This document shows positions 25,501 through 37,067 of a stretch of DNA of 64,000 nucleotides, piece by piece (position 1 is the stretch's first letter; every line of letters starts with the position of its first letter). The stretch is from Phoronis australis (lineage: Eukaryota > Animalia > Phoronida). The stretch covers positions 216,731 through 280,730 of the forward strand of contig NMRA01000257.1 in the NCBI GenBank assembly GCA_002633005.1. Direction: 5' to 3'. The position numbers and the translations under genes are program-made. The notes under the pieces are model-generated. The model was not told the origin of the DNA. It made no database searches and saw only the letters and a program-made list of their open reading frames with translations.

Positions 25501-28500
25501 GAGAACACCTCAGGCATTTTCATAGCCTCAGATTTCCCCTTTAAACGTTACCTGCCCATGTACGAGCTTCAGTCACATGGCCAATCACAATTTGAAACTC
25601 ACTGAAGTCCACACATCTGTGGGAAAATTTGAGGCTACAAAAACATCTGAGGTGTTGCGAATGATAATTATTTTGCTGTGTTTGAAATCTCAGTAAGCCA
25701 AAAAAGTTGAAGTTTTGAAAAGATGACCGTTTTTCAGCTTTCACATTCTAAAACCAAATTCACATGATCATAGTTTACTACAGTCAGCAAAGTGATCAAC
25801 AAGTTAGAATAAATTCAGTTAAAACCAAAAGTTACACTGACGGGCGACTCCGGGTATATTCTGCAGATCTCATCTTCACCCTCGTTCAGGTAGGCTGCCC
25901 AATCAAAGTCGTCTTCACATTCTAAAACATCAATCAAAATACACATTGTCACCATCAAAGATTTCAAAAAGATTGCCTAGTAGTCAGATTTTGTAATTTT
26001 CGAACAACTCAAGAAATTGCTTCCGTGAGCCAGGATAGTAGATACTGAATGTGCTCAGTGCAAGAGTTGCAATATTCAGTCAACTCACCTGAGAGGATTT
26101 GTGCCTGTCTTTCAGTGCACTCACTTTGAGTGGGGGAGTCTGCCACATGTAATAGCAAGGACAGCACAGCATAGTGTGTATCAGTCTGGAAGCAAATAAA
26201 TTCATACGAATGGTGTTGTTTACAGTAGCCTCAGCCTCTTAAAGTGGAACTTGCACGCTATTTCCTTATCTCTGTCATTGCTTGTTCAAATTAGTTGGAA
26301 ACACAACATATAGCGAAGATGTGAATATGAAGTATGTTGAAAATTGCCAAATGTTTTTAAGAACGAGTTTTGTGTGAAAATGATCTGCCACAAATCACTC
26401 AACCATGTCCAGTAAGTACCGTGATGTGGTGTTGGGGAATAACACTGCATTATGCGGGTATGTGAGCCCCCAATGTACGTCATTAGTGCAAAGGTCGCCT
26501 ATTTGTAGAATTTTTTGTTTTCACATATACAAGTTGTCAATGAATACAACTGCACTTTGTTTAGCGTAGATGACGTTCAAATAGCATTGTCATTTAGTCC
26601 CTGCTATACAATAGCATTGTCATTTAGTCCCTGCTATACATTAGCATAGTTAGGAGCATACAAATACATCTTTAATACTGCTGTTTTCAGATGTCAGTCA
26701 AGAGTCCAATTCATTTGTACAGTTCTTTCTATGAGGTCAGCGTTTTCAACAGCTTGTTTTGTTCATTACCACAGCAGATACATTGGCAAACACTGTTAAC
26801 CCTTATCCTGCGCTAGGTGAGGTCAGCCGACATGCCAATTATCCTATTAAAATGCGTTGGGTGTACTCAATCGACTATAATAAGTTACAGCTGGGCTGCG
26901 CTAGGAGAGTACACTCACCCCAGGACACTTGTGATTTTCATTCAGAAATTGTAAGAGCCCTGGAATGTTGTTTAGATATGTGACCATGAGCATTCCATAC
27001 TTCACAACTTCCTCTACTGTTCTCTAATTTAAACCATATGGCTGTGATTACTAGTTTGGGAGATATTGGCAGGTTTATGTAAGTGTAGACGCATAGTTTC
27101 ATTATACGGCTGGAGCCATACGGGAGAGGATGACAGTGGATCAGTTTACTTCCACCAAGGCTATGATAAAGACTTACACATGGTGAAAATCCCCATTAAA
27201 TTCTGCACAAGTTTTGTATTGACTTCTTTTCTGTTAATTTAATATTTCCCTTTCAAATTTCCAATTTAAAATTGTTAGGTCATTTGTCTGGGTGACCTCC
27301 ACAACAGCTTAGTGTACAATAGTAGTGGTGACCTACTTAGCTCAGCACACAGGGAAAGTAGTCTGAATAGAGGCACAGCAGGATAAGGGTTAAATAAATT
27401 AGATAGAAATATAGATAAAAATACTAATTTTATCATAATGCTCTTGAAGCTGTTCTTAATATATAAAACACCAATCAATGATTGCAAGTAATGATAATAA
27501 AAACAGCCTCAGTTTTATATGGATACAAGTTTATTTCCCGAGGTTCACCCAAGGCTGCATTAATGTGTCATTTGACAGTTACCAAAAAAGATGGATGCTG
27601 AGTTGATAGGTCGTGCCACTATGAACACAATTTTTCTAAATTACAAGAAACACAAAGCCTTGAAATGGTTCCTCGATTGCACTGCAAATTCAAGCTATGC
27701 TTACTTGCATCATGTAACATATAAAATAAAAAGGCCACTAGGGGGTGCTCCGTGAAATTAAATCCATCAGAAACAAGGCAAGTGCTGGCACTCATCTTGA
27801 CAGTATTTGCCAAATTTCATAAGTATCCATCATGGAATTTTGTAGCTCATAGCCATATGCAATTAAAGAAAACCTAAATTGCACTCAGTGATACAACAGT
27901 AGTTGAACTGGACCCAAAATTTACATCAGGCATACCACCCTAAACTGGAACACATATATACCACATCAAATGAATATAACATCTGACGTACTGAAATAAA
28001 TGTAACAAAGATTACCTTTCCAGTACACCTATCCTCAAAAATAGGAGCATCCAGAAATCTGTCAATCAGCTTTTTAAAGAGATCTGCCTTCTCTTGTTGC
28101 GAATGTATAAGAAGCTTCTCGTGGACTCTGCAATTACAAACACAGCAAGTACAGCATATGTACCAAATAATTCATTTGAAGTATTTAACTCAGTAATAAC
28201 GAACAATTGATATCAGCACTCGACAAAGGTGAAAATGTCTGCTCGAAAATACGAGTGAGGGTATATTTGCAGTTTTGCACTCTTGTAACTTCCGAATCTG
28301 GGTTCCTAAACAGTGCCGACCAAAACCCCCAAATGACGCCCGCATGAATGATACGAGTGAAGCCCTTTTCTACTCCGGTTTTGATTTTCAACTCATATTT
28401 TCGAATGTTTGCTCCCTAGTGTCAAGCTCTAGACTCTAGACAGAAATGATAAATGTGTATGGATTAAAAATAGTTAATTTGTGAAACATATTCATGCCAC

Positions 28501-31273
28501 AGTTGTCATTGACAAATGCATGTTTTGGTTCATATGATTTCTTTCTCCAGGCGTAACAAGATTTCTTTCATGCATCACACATCACATACCAGTTCATAAG
28601 CAAAATATCTGACAAATCAAACACGAAAAATATTCTAGTATAAAATAAAATAAACTACATAACTTACCCTTGAATCGTCCTGTTAACTTTGTGACTATCA
28701 ACATCAAGAAATCTGTGAAATCGGAAGTTGGACAAGGCAAACTGCTGACACAGATCAAAGTTTTCATCATCGTCCTACATGGAAGAAATAGGTGATGGAG
28801 CACTTGAAATGTAAGGTCAAACTTGCTTTGGTGACTTTAGTTCTTCAAAATAACATTTATTTTATAAGTGATTTTCCGCTTGGTCATACACTACACATTT
28901 CAACCAAAAGAGAACATAACAATGTAGAAATACTGTACGTGAACTTGGAATCCCTTAAATCTCAAGATCGCATATGCGTGAACTTGGAATACAGGAGGAA
29001 ACTTGAATGATAAGTTCATTCAAACATGTTGAATATGTTGATAAAATATTGCATTACACTAAATCAAATTATATTTAATAAACAACGTAAATTTTAACTA
29101 ACCCTTTTTCAGTTATTGACAATCTAATTCACCAAACATTAATTGATTTAACCATTCACTAATTCCTCCAATTCTATGACACAACTTACGGTGAAGAAGA
29201 AAATGGGAGATCGTGAGGCCAACAATTACAAAAATTCTTTACACCGAATAAAAAATTTCACCCGATTGTTTTGGTGAATATTCAATTCCAAGTTCAGGCA
29301 TACGCGATCTTCAGATTAAGCAGGATTCCACTTTCACCTACAGCAGACACATGCCTTTCTGACACAGGAGAAACCACAAGTATCAAATCTAAGGAATTAT
29401 TACATCTAGTAGTGTGTAATTCAAGGGTTTGAGATCAGTAGTGACCATCTGTCATTGATTGAGAAATATTGCCGGTGATCCATTATAGGAAGTGATGGTT
29501 GGAACATGACACCAATTCAGGTGAGTATTATGTTCTTGCAATATTATCTTGAGTTGGTATTAGCTTTAAAATCTTTTGTGGTATCATCTCGGTAAGGTAT
29601 AGGCATTCATGAAACGGGTAGCATAGGATTGGCAAGAAATGAATATTGGCACTAATTTCCGACAGTTTCTAATACTATAAAAATGTTAGCGTTATTTTTA
29701 AGAGGGATTGTTTGATTAATCATGATTTGTGTTTTTAAGCCAAATATACGATAAAATGGCCACTAACAGTGAATGCTCACACAGCGCTACACCAAAAAAT
29801 AACAGTCAGATAGTCACGTATGCATCCAGCCACACGGCGACTAAAATGGGCCTTACCGAGGCAAATGTCAAAAATTTTTAGCACATCAGACCGGCAAGTG
29901 CTGAATGGAACACGTTCTGCTTTAGGCCTACTGCTTGTGCTAATTTCTTTAGATACAAAGCACATCTAGCTCGTTAGATTGCGTTTACTCTGGCAAATGA
30001 ACCCAGGTGACACGTATACGCTCGCTTACTCACACACGCAAACGAAATTCAAAACAAGTGTCACATGACAGCAACACATATATTCATCCAGAGATTTTTC
30101 TTGTGTTACCGATCATAGGTGGCACAATGTAGCACAGATTTGTATTTAACTTAAAAATATTAGGGACGCTACTTGAAAAACTTAAGGAGGATTTCAGGTA
30201 ATTTGCTTGAGTCGAAACTGTATTTTTATTCAAGCATTCAAGTCGCCATATCGACGATTGCGAAGCAGCCAGTCCGCGAGTTTTCGCCCTGTGATTTTAG
30301 CACAATTTTCCCTAGTAATTTAACGGCAAAATTTGATAGCAATGCACTTCAATTTTGTAGAAAGTCTGTCACCTAGGTTACAGATACGCCACAGAGCATA
30401 AATATGATGAATCTTAGCTTCCAATTTCACCCATTTCGGAGACTGAGATACAATAAGCCCACCCCCAAACGATTTTTTTCTAAGCGCCCTGAGCGGTTAT
30501 TAGGGCGAATACGGTACCTCCCTTTGAGTGTTTAGAAGAGAGGAGGCGGTGTAGCCTAGTGTGGTAGGTATCCGCTTCTTTTGGCTTTACGCAAGGTCAT
30601 GCGTTTGAGTCCCACTCGGGCACACTGCTAGACCCTTGAGTCAGGTCTCTAGCTCCTAGCTCAGCACGGCTTTATCTATATATTAATAAAGCATCGAAAA
30701 TGGTTCTAGGGCACTGGTCGGATATAGCGGTCCCCAATTTAGGGCACCAGTTTCATCCATTCAATAACTGGCCCGTTACTCAGTGATTGCCTAGTTCTCA
30801 AAATCAGGGATCGCTATATCCGACCAGTGTCTGGTTCCAGGGTGATCAGTGCAATGCCAATTATCGGGCCCAACGACCTGTACCAGACCAGATTGTTTTT
30901 TATATAATTTTGAGTGTTTTGTCCTAAACATGTGTAATGCCATACGTAGAACAACCATCTTTACTTAGTGTATACTAGAGGTGAATTCTAACAGACTGGA
31001 ATAAGCGTTCATGCCCATGGGTCTATATTACAGCCAGGATGAGTTGTCGTCTGACGTCGACAGCGCAGTTGGCTGCTGCTGGCCGGCTGGCAAGCACTTT
31101 TCCGTGGAAGGGCAGATGTGCACGCCACATGACTAACAGGTGTCACAAAGGGACGAATAAAGTCTCTTCAAGATGAATGCAATCCTCACATTGAGCCTCT
31201 TTACCTGAAAACCAGTAATACTTGTAATTAAACACCGAGAAAATTCTTCAAATTTATCCTTCTTACGCGCCAT
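10539..31273 (-). CDS. TUBGCP5: Gamma-tubulin complex component 5 (GCP5), 21 coding exons, ~973 aa
   Basis: GT-AG exons with consistent phases: 31273-31205, 28774-28668, 28127-28016, 26185-26089, 25921-25842, 25355-25123, 24922-24833, 24163-24070, 23122-22927, 21905-21706, 20505-20390, 19898-19675, 19242-18987, 17994(or 18020)-17832, 17247-17185, 16748-16657, 16194-15986, 15723-15578, 14886-14672, 13396-13296, 10597-10539. Peptides match GCP5 hallmarks: SNFRFHRFLDVDSHKV, DDFDWAAYL, RPYLDIADEWITHG, FLMESGDTMYDFY, YKVPWPIDTVI, LLHFVNSLHNYIMTRILHSTGLEFQ, KRGSFPHLEVLAFSL. Confidence 0.95.
10777..11269 (-). mobile_element. Older, degenerate Helentron-associated (HINE/DINE-1-like) element abutting the young copy
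   Basis: Starts ACTAGAATG on +; ends GAGATACAGCTGCAGATGCCGGACAG..CAGACAGAGATGA plus hairpin CCACATG-CGCA-CATGTGG (11246-11263), the same layout as the 13141-13240 end of the young element. Confidence 0.6.
11277..13240 (-). mobile_element. Young non-autonomous Helentron (HINE/DINE-1-like) with central ~451-bp higher-order tandem repeat
   Basis: Read on the - strand: T-run, subTIR plus inverted repeat (palindrome 13211-13240), (GTCC)n-like microsatellite (13161-13196), ~3.3 copies of a 450-452-bp repeat made of three ~150-bp subunits, 3' subTIR (ATGCGCCCAC on +, 11301-11310), stem-loop CAACGC-GGA-GCGTTG (11284-11298), CTTGT terminus. This matches the DINE-1/HINE layout. Confidence 0.85.
11827..13051 (+). 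promoter_or_regulatory. Array of nine CTCF-consensus motifs (predicted) inside the HINE
   Basis: CCACTAGGAGGCGC at 11829, 12279, 12732; TGGCCACTAGGTGGCGC at 11987, 12437, 12890; CCACTAGGGGGCAC at 12135, 12586, 13038. All fit the CTCF core CCAC(C/T)AG(G/A)(G/T)GGC(G/A)C, with a single deviation in the GGAGGC variant. Binding is not shown. Confidence 0.55.
13468..13896. repeat. 42-bp minisatellite, ~10 copies (TUBGCP5 intron 19)
   Basis: Unit TCTG(C/G)AACACTATAGAATGTAAT(A/G)CAGTGAGAGTATATAGTT. Confidence 0.95.
17312..17515. repeat. Degenerate short-period (~9/18-bp) GC-rich tandem repeat
   Basis: Recurrent (A/G)CCAGTGGTGTACC/GGAAC-like words in intron 14. Confidence 0.7.
18281..18472. repeat. 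31-bp minisatellite, ~6 copies
   Basis: Unit GCACAAACTGTCAAACATGTGAAACAGTACA. Confidence 0.95.
20850..21062 (+). mobile_element. tRNA-derived SINE, copy 1
   Basis: Pol III A-box-like CGCCTAGTGGG and B-box GGTTCAAGTCCC; body GCTAGACCCTT.AGTCAGGT..AAAATGGTTC..TGTACCAGACC shared with the 30538 copy. Confidence 0.75.
26581..26640. repeat. 30-bp exact tandem duplication
   Basis: ATAGCATTGTCATTTAGTCCCTGCTATACA x2. Confidence 0.9.
28931..29345. mobile_element. MITE with ~60-bp imperfect TIRs (TA-CTGTA type, Tc1/mariner-like)
   Basis: TACTGTACGTGAACTTGGAATCC..AAGATCGCATATGCGTGAACTTGGAAT matches the reverse complement of 29285-29345. Confidence 0.7.
30538..30890 (+). mobile_element. tRNA-derived SINE, copy 2, interrupted by a MITE
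   Basis: A box TAGCCTAGTGTGG, B box GTTTGAGTCCC; homologous to the 20850 copy on both sides of the 30712-30829 insert. Confidence 0.75.
30712..30829. mobile_element. 118-bp MITE with 23-bp TIRs
   Basis: CACTGGTCGGATATAGCGGTCCC / GGGATCGCTATATCCGACCAGTG (22/23 match); a partial second copy lies at ~32190-32240. Confidence 0.85.
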
Positions 31274-32859
31274 TTGCTTGACAGCCCTGCTGCTAACGGC
31301 CAATTGTAAAACTAAACAGCTTGAAACTAAATACTCTTGACACCATACAGACGTAAAAAAAGATAATTTACACATTTATATTGGTCAATTAAAACATAAA
31401 TTTTTATATAAATCGAATCAGGATATCTTTTTTACCTTTTGGAATAAAATTGTATAAACTGATATTACTAACTCTCAAACTAGCCTCGAATTTTATGTTT
31501 GTTAACGCTCATTTCGTTTTCTGAACAAATGCGAGTTGACATATACACAGCATGAACTTCCGAATTTACGAGACCTTAGCAGAGTGACTTAGTAAATTTT
31601 ACAATTACGTAGAATAAAAAGTTCAATGCTGATTTTTTAACTGTCTCCATCTCATACGTATATGGCTGCAGGTGGTGTGTAACTTGACGCTGTGGGGTTT
31701 TGAACGAATTGAGGACCCACGCGAACTCAACTTCGGTCGACCAATGTGTGAGCGGATGGTCTCGAAGTTGCCCGCGATTCGTCAATGGGTCCGCAAATGT
31801 CAGACAACATTGAGACTCACTGGAGAAGACGGTTGGCAAAAATTGATGGTCGGCTTTAATAGTTAACGAGGTTTACGCATGCATTTGTGCCCTGTTGATT
31901 GGAAACCACCAGGTGTGTTTCCTATTGTAGTTGTCTAAAACATTGAATTTTATGTCAAAAATTTAGTCAAACATCTTGCCTGTCGTCCAGAAAAATGGCA
32001 GAATCTGAATTGAACCAAGAATGAAGATTGATGTGCACACAGGCACTCATGACAGCCGCTTGATACGGTAATAATAAAGAGAAAGTTATCTTTATTATGT
32101 AACATCGTCAAGCGGCTGATTAAAGGTGTCTGTGGGATGGAGCAGGAAATGTCCACAGCATATGCGGAGAAAAGGATGCTCGTTCTCGGCACTGGATGGT
32201 CGGATATAGCGGTCCCTGATTTAGAGAACCAGTTTCATCTGGCAGGACTGTTCCGTTTCTTGAAGCTTTGTCTGGTGTCCCACAAAAACACCAGAATGTG
32301 TACTTAATGATAATTTACTATACAGGGGATTGTGTTATTGCGTGGTCAATGTTTCATGCTCTTTTCTACTTATAATGTTCATGTACCTATAGTGCTAAAG
32401 AGCTAAAGTAAAAATGCCATGCACGCGGTTTCCCCAAGGATCTAGTTCGTTGTTAAGCATCCGTGCTGACTCGCATGTCATTTGTTTACCATGATAAATA
32501 CATGTAACAGGGCTCATAACTTAGTATTATGACAACTCGCTAAATGCGGCTTGCCAAAACTCCGAAACAGGAAATGAGTTTGCTAGAACAAAGAAAGTAC
32601 ATGTGCAGGAAACCTAAAATTCGGGCAACTGAATTGAAGATTTGAACATCTCATAGACACATCTGAGATCGGCTGGCTGACCTTTTTTATTTTTGACTGC
32701 ATCGAGTCATCAACTATCCGTTTCAGGTTTCACCAAGCAATTTTGCCATCATCTGTTTTCTTCCTGTTTGCTCAGATGTGTGGGACTTATACCAGTTCAT
32801 CAAACAAAGTCTGGGGTTGGGTTGACTTGTAAGTCACCAAATCGGGCCCTGCTGATTAA

Positions 32860-34442
32860 AGGCGAATGCCACCCGATTTAATTAGTCTTTTTTGCCGTCT
32901 TAATCGGTCTATATCCACATCGCCTCGCATACGGTCGACCTTACCTTGCCAAGAGGTGTCGCGTTAACCTGTGTGGGAGGTGAGAAACGACGCTAGCGAC
33001 GTCAGTGGTTCATAAGCAAAGTGAATGCCGCTATGTTGCGGTATATCATTCCCGCTTGTCCGAACTAAGCAGCCGCGAGGAAAGCCACGCTGTAAACAGC
33101 AAGTATGAGGCCGTGAAACATCTCCGTGTCTGTGGCCTGCAGGCGACGTCGACTGTGCCTCACGAATGCCGGCTTACCAAATAACTCCATACGTTCCATT
33201 TTCTGAGCTTGTTCACGGCGCCTCTCTAGTATTTCTTCATCACTGTATTCCTGTTCAAATTGATAGCCTGTAAAACTTAACGATCCACCTGTGAAGTCGG
33301 GATTGATGAGCCCGGCGCTCTAGCTTGTCCTAAGTCGGGATTGCAAGTTGCCACTCCGTTGGCGCTGAGCGTTCTGTTTCAAAATGAATTATTCTCACCC
33401 TAACCAATACTTATATAAAACTGAAACAAAGTCTGTCTCATGAGATGCAATTTGTAATGCCTTTGGAGTGTTCGTGAGTGCACGAAATGATTTGAGAAGC
33501 CAGCAATGAATAAATCACTGCGTTACCGGCTTTAGGTGCAATCCTTGACGGGACACCGCGAGGCCGTGTGAGCTCATGCTAATTTAGTGTTTGCTGGCAG
33601 AAACTGTTGTGAAACAACTCGATTTCCACCCCACGACCAGGTGTTAGGGGAATCTTTATTTACATATACATTACTCAAATAATGATTGTCAATGTACAAC
33701 CTCTGCCCTGACAGTGCTGTGGCCAAAGCGGAACTGAATTCGCGGCCAAAGACGAGTAAGTTGATTTGCAGTTTCGTGGCTAATTCACCAACATAATCAC
33801 GTGCACATTACTTTGGCTCACTATTGTAGTATTTTCTTGACTGGAAGTTTAGTTTCCACTGAACTTTGGCTGGTTTGTTCGTGATGTCTGATCAGTTTCT
33901 AAGCCACTGACCGGGATAACGAGTCAACCTGAATCCGGCCGGCGCCGCGACGGGCCTGATCGGGCTCCGAGCCACTGGCCAGGATAACAAGCGTTTTGCG
34001 TTTAGAACTCAGAAAATCACAAGTCTAAACAACACAGATCTAGGTTCTCTTGTCTGTATCTCACGGAAAATACTTCGAAATTATCTCCGAACACACCCCA
34101 AACTCCTGCTACGGACACTAGTTATTGGCCTGCCGAACTTTGTAGGCTATGGTGTGTCCAAATACCAATAAATCCGTAAGAGCGAAATAAAACAACACCT
34201 TACATCGAAGTTTGATGATTTATTGGTGCTAAACGATGATTCCAAGCGATAAGCTGACACCAGTAACCCGTGTTGTGAACTGCTGAACAGAATGCGTATG
34301 AAACCGATGACGTAATTGGATAATTTCAACACCTCCGTCTGCCGTCAGGTGTCAGGTAACGCAAGCTCACATGTCGTTATGGAGTAGAACTACTCGATCT
34401 AAATTGATACAAATTAGGTTGTTTTTTGGGTGGCATGCTCCT
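32860..34442. mobile_element. Kolobok-like non-autonomous DNA transposon, 1583 bp, TTAA TSD
   Basis: TTAA (32856-32859) AGGCGAATGCCACCC ... GGGTGGCATGCTCCT TTAA (34443-34446). The empty site GATTAAGGTGAAC is present in the duplicate at ~35285. TTAA TSD with AGG-starting TIRs fits Kolobok; piggyBac TIRs start CCY. Confidence 0.85.
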
Positions 34443-35175
34443 TTAAGGTGAACATGTCCATCCTGATAAAAATAATTGTCAACAAATTGTAGCACGGTTT
34501 TGTCTGTATTCAAGTTTTTATAATTTTTCTTTGGGGAAAAATAATCTTAACCTAACTTTTCACAAGGAATTCAGTTTCAGAAGCCAGTTATTAAAATCTT
34601 TAATTTTAATGTACGATACAGTAGTTTATTTCAGTCAGTGTTTTATTGAGCTCTAAAGTCATCACCACACAACAGTTGTCGTGATTAGTAGAATCAACGA
34701 CGGCAGTGGTTCTAGTACAAATCTGTTGTCCATGTGCAATTGCTGTGAAACGGGCCGAGTTTGTGATAGTTGGCAACAATGCATTTCACGGTGGTCTAGC
34801 TAGGTCAACATGACTTGTAGGTGTTGACATGATTTCATTTTAAAGCAATGTTCTATTAACCCATGTTGCATCCAGGACGGAAACTTGCCACTTAGTACTT
34901 TAAAATTGGTCTTGACTTGTTCTGTACTCAGGCCAGGAGAGGTGTCTGAGTTTGCAAAAAAACTGACAGTATAAAATGCGATGCTGTATACCCTCATCTG
35001 GAACAATAACTGACAGTATGAAATGGCATGCTCTAGACCCTTATCACGAACAATAACAATAACTGACAGAATGTCATGCTGTAGACCCTAATCTCAAACA
35101 ATAACAATAACTGACAGTATGAAATGTCATGCTGTAGACCCTCATCTCAAACAATAACAATAACTGACAGAATGN

Positions 35176-35947
35176 GCCATCATCTGTTTTCTTCCTGTTT
35201 GCTCAGATGTGTGGGACTTATACCAGTTCATCAAACAAAGTCTGGGGTTGGGTTGACTTGTAAGTCACCAAATCGGGCCCTGCTGATTAAGGTGAACATG
35301 TCCATCCTGATAAAAATAATTCTCAACAAATTGTAGCACGGTTTTGTCTGTATTCAAGTTTTTATAATTTTTCTTTGGGGAAAAATAATCTTAACCTAAC
35401 TTTTCACAAGGAATTCAGTTTCAGAAGCCAGTTATTAAAATCTTTAATTTCAATGTACGATACAGTAGTTTATTTCAGTCAGTGTTTTATTGAGCTCTAA
35501 AGTCATCACCACACAACAGTTGCCCTGATTAGCAGAATCAACGACAGCAGTGGTTCTAGTACAAATCTGTGCAATTGCTGTGAAACGGGCCGAGTTTGTG
35601 ATAGTTGGCAACAATGCATTTCACGGTGGTCTAGCTAGGTCAACATGACTTGTAGGTGTTGACATGATTTCATTTTAAAGCAATGTTCTATTAACCCATG
35701 TTGCATCCAGGACAGAAACTTGCCACTTAGTACTTTAAAATTGGTCTTGACTTGTTCTGTACTCAGGCCAGGAGAGGTGTCTGAGTTTGCAAAGAACTGA
35801 CAGTATAAAATGCGATGCTGTATACCCTCATCTGGAACAATAACTGACAGTATGAAATGGCATGCTGTAGACCCTCATCTCGAACAATAACAATAACTGA
35901 CAGTATGAAATGTCATGCTGTAGACCCTCATCTCGAACAATAACAAT
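35176..35947 (+). repeat. Near-identical duplicate of 32745-32859 + 34447-35174 (probable uncollapsed haplotype)
   Basis: Starts right after a single N (35175); differs by scattered SNPs, a 9-bp indel and absence of the Kolobok-like insert. Both copies end in a ~45-50-bp minisatellite (AACAATAACTGACAGTATGAAATGTCATGCTGTAGACCCTCATCTC). Confidence 0.85.
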
Positions 35948-36347
35948 GCCTTGATATCACCTCCAACAGGACTAAGAATAATTTGAGACCAATCTCATTA
36001 TAGGTGTATTAAGTGGTTTAAATCAGAAGTTGATTTTTGTTTGGGATAATCCAGATTTCCACTCCAGTGTTAATTAAATGATTGAAAAGTAGCAAGAATG
36101 TACAAGTTACTCAAAATACCAGTTAACAACATGTTGCCGTGCATGAAGCCCCTTCTTGAACAAACATCTTTGCCACATGTGTTAGTGGACTGTGTCGTAC
36201 AGATTAGTAGCCTTTGCAGAACACTAAGAACAGCGTTATTCTTCATTCTAAAAATGTCCCCTGACTGCTTTTGCAGAATAATCGGCACTAGCCTGTTCTC
36301 ATATGCTCATAACGCGGATATATCTTTATTTTTCAGCACTAAGTACC

Positions 36348-37067
36348 ATGAGTCAGAGGCCTTGCTACTGTTGTGCAACTCTGGGTAATGCTCTTGATGC
36401 TGCCTTAAATGAGCTGGGAATGTTGAGCACAGTGACTAATATCAGGGAACAGTACTTGGAAGAACGTCTAAAGACAAACACCAATGGTCAGGTCGGCAGC
36501 AGAGAAGCCTCGTCTAAAGCTCACAGTGTGCCCAACAGTCCTGTGAGAGGATACCAAGTTGTGACTATGAACCCGCTGTATGTCACTGGTGTAGTGCCTG
36601 GACTGGAGCTTAAATCAAAAAGTCTGAAATTTGCTGCTGAAAAAGAAATCAAGTTTACCAGTCTCGGAACTGATTATGCTCAAGAACAGCCTGAAACTGC
36701 AAAATGCAGTAAAGCTGGCCGAGTAAAGCTGGCCAGAATCAAGCATTTTAAAGCGCCATATAAAGTACCGAGTAGTAATTTAGAGGCCAAACCTGTTAAT
36801 AATCCAAATTCTTCCAGGCATTGTACACGAGCAAGTGCTCAGACCAGCCTACTGAGCTTTGGAACCAAACAGATTGTTCGAGCTGAACCTCGTTTGGATG
36901 AGTGCCCACGTCATGGTAGCAAGAAGTGCATGCAGAGGTCAAAGTCGCTAGATGATTTGGGCTTGGGCAAGTTAAATATTGGTGAGGTGCCTAGATTTAA
37001 CATAACACAAAATAAAGAGGTGGATAGTGTCTCGCAACATCTTGGCCAAATGAAGGTTGTTGAGTAG
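36348..37067 (+). CDS. Uncharacterised 239-aa protein, single coding exon
   Basis: Acceptor TTTTTCAG at 36336, ACCATG start at 36348, 720-bp frame; motifs HSVPNSP, RSKSLDDL; long T-rich downstream region with AATAAA at 39448-39453. Confidence 0.7.
   Translation: MSQRPCYCCATLGNALDAALNELGMLSTVTNIREQYLEERLKTNTNGQVGSREASSKAHSVPNSPVRGYQVVTMNPLYVTGVVPGLELKSKSLKFAAEKEIKFTSLGTDYAQEQPETAKCSKAGRVKLARIKHFKAPYKVPSSNLEAKPVNNPNSSRHCTRASAQTSLLSFGTKQIVRAEPRLDECPRHGSKKCMQRSKSLDDLGLGKLNIGEVPRFNITQNKEVDSVSQHLGQMKVVE

Noticed and set aside
33520-33830. Possible THAP/transposase remnant in the Kolobok-like element
   Set aside because: No open frame or convincing C2CH/AVP motif found.
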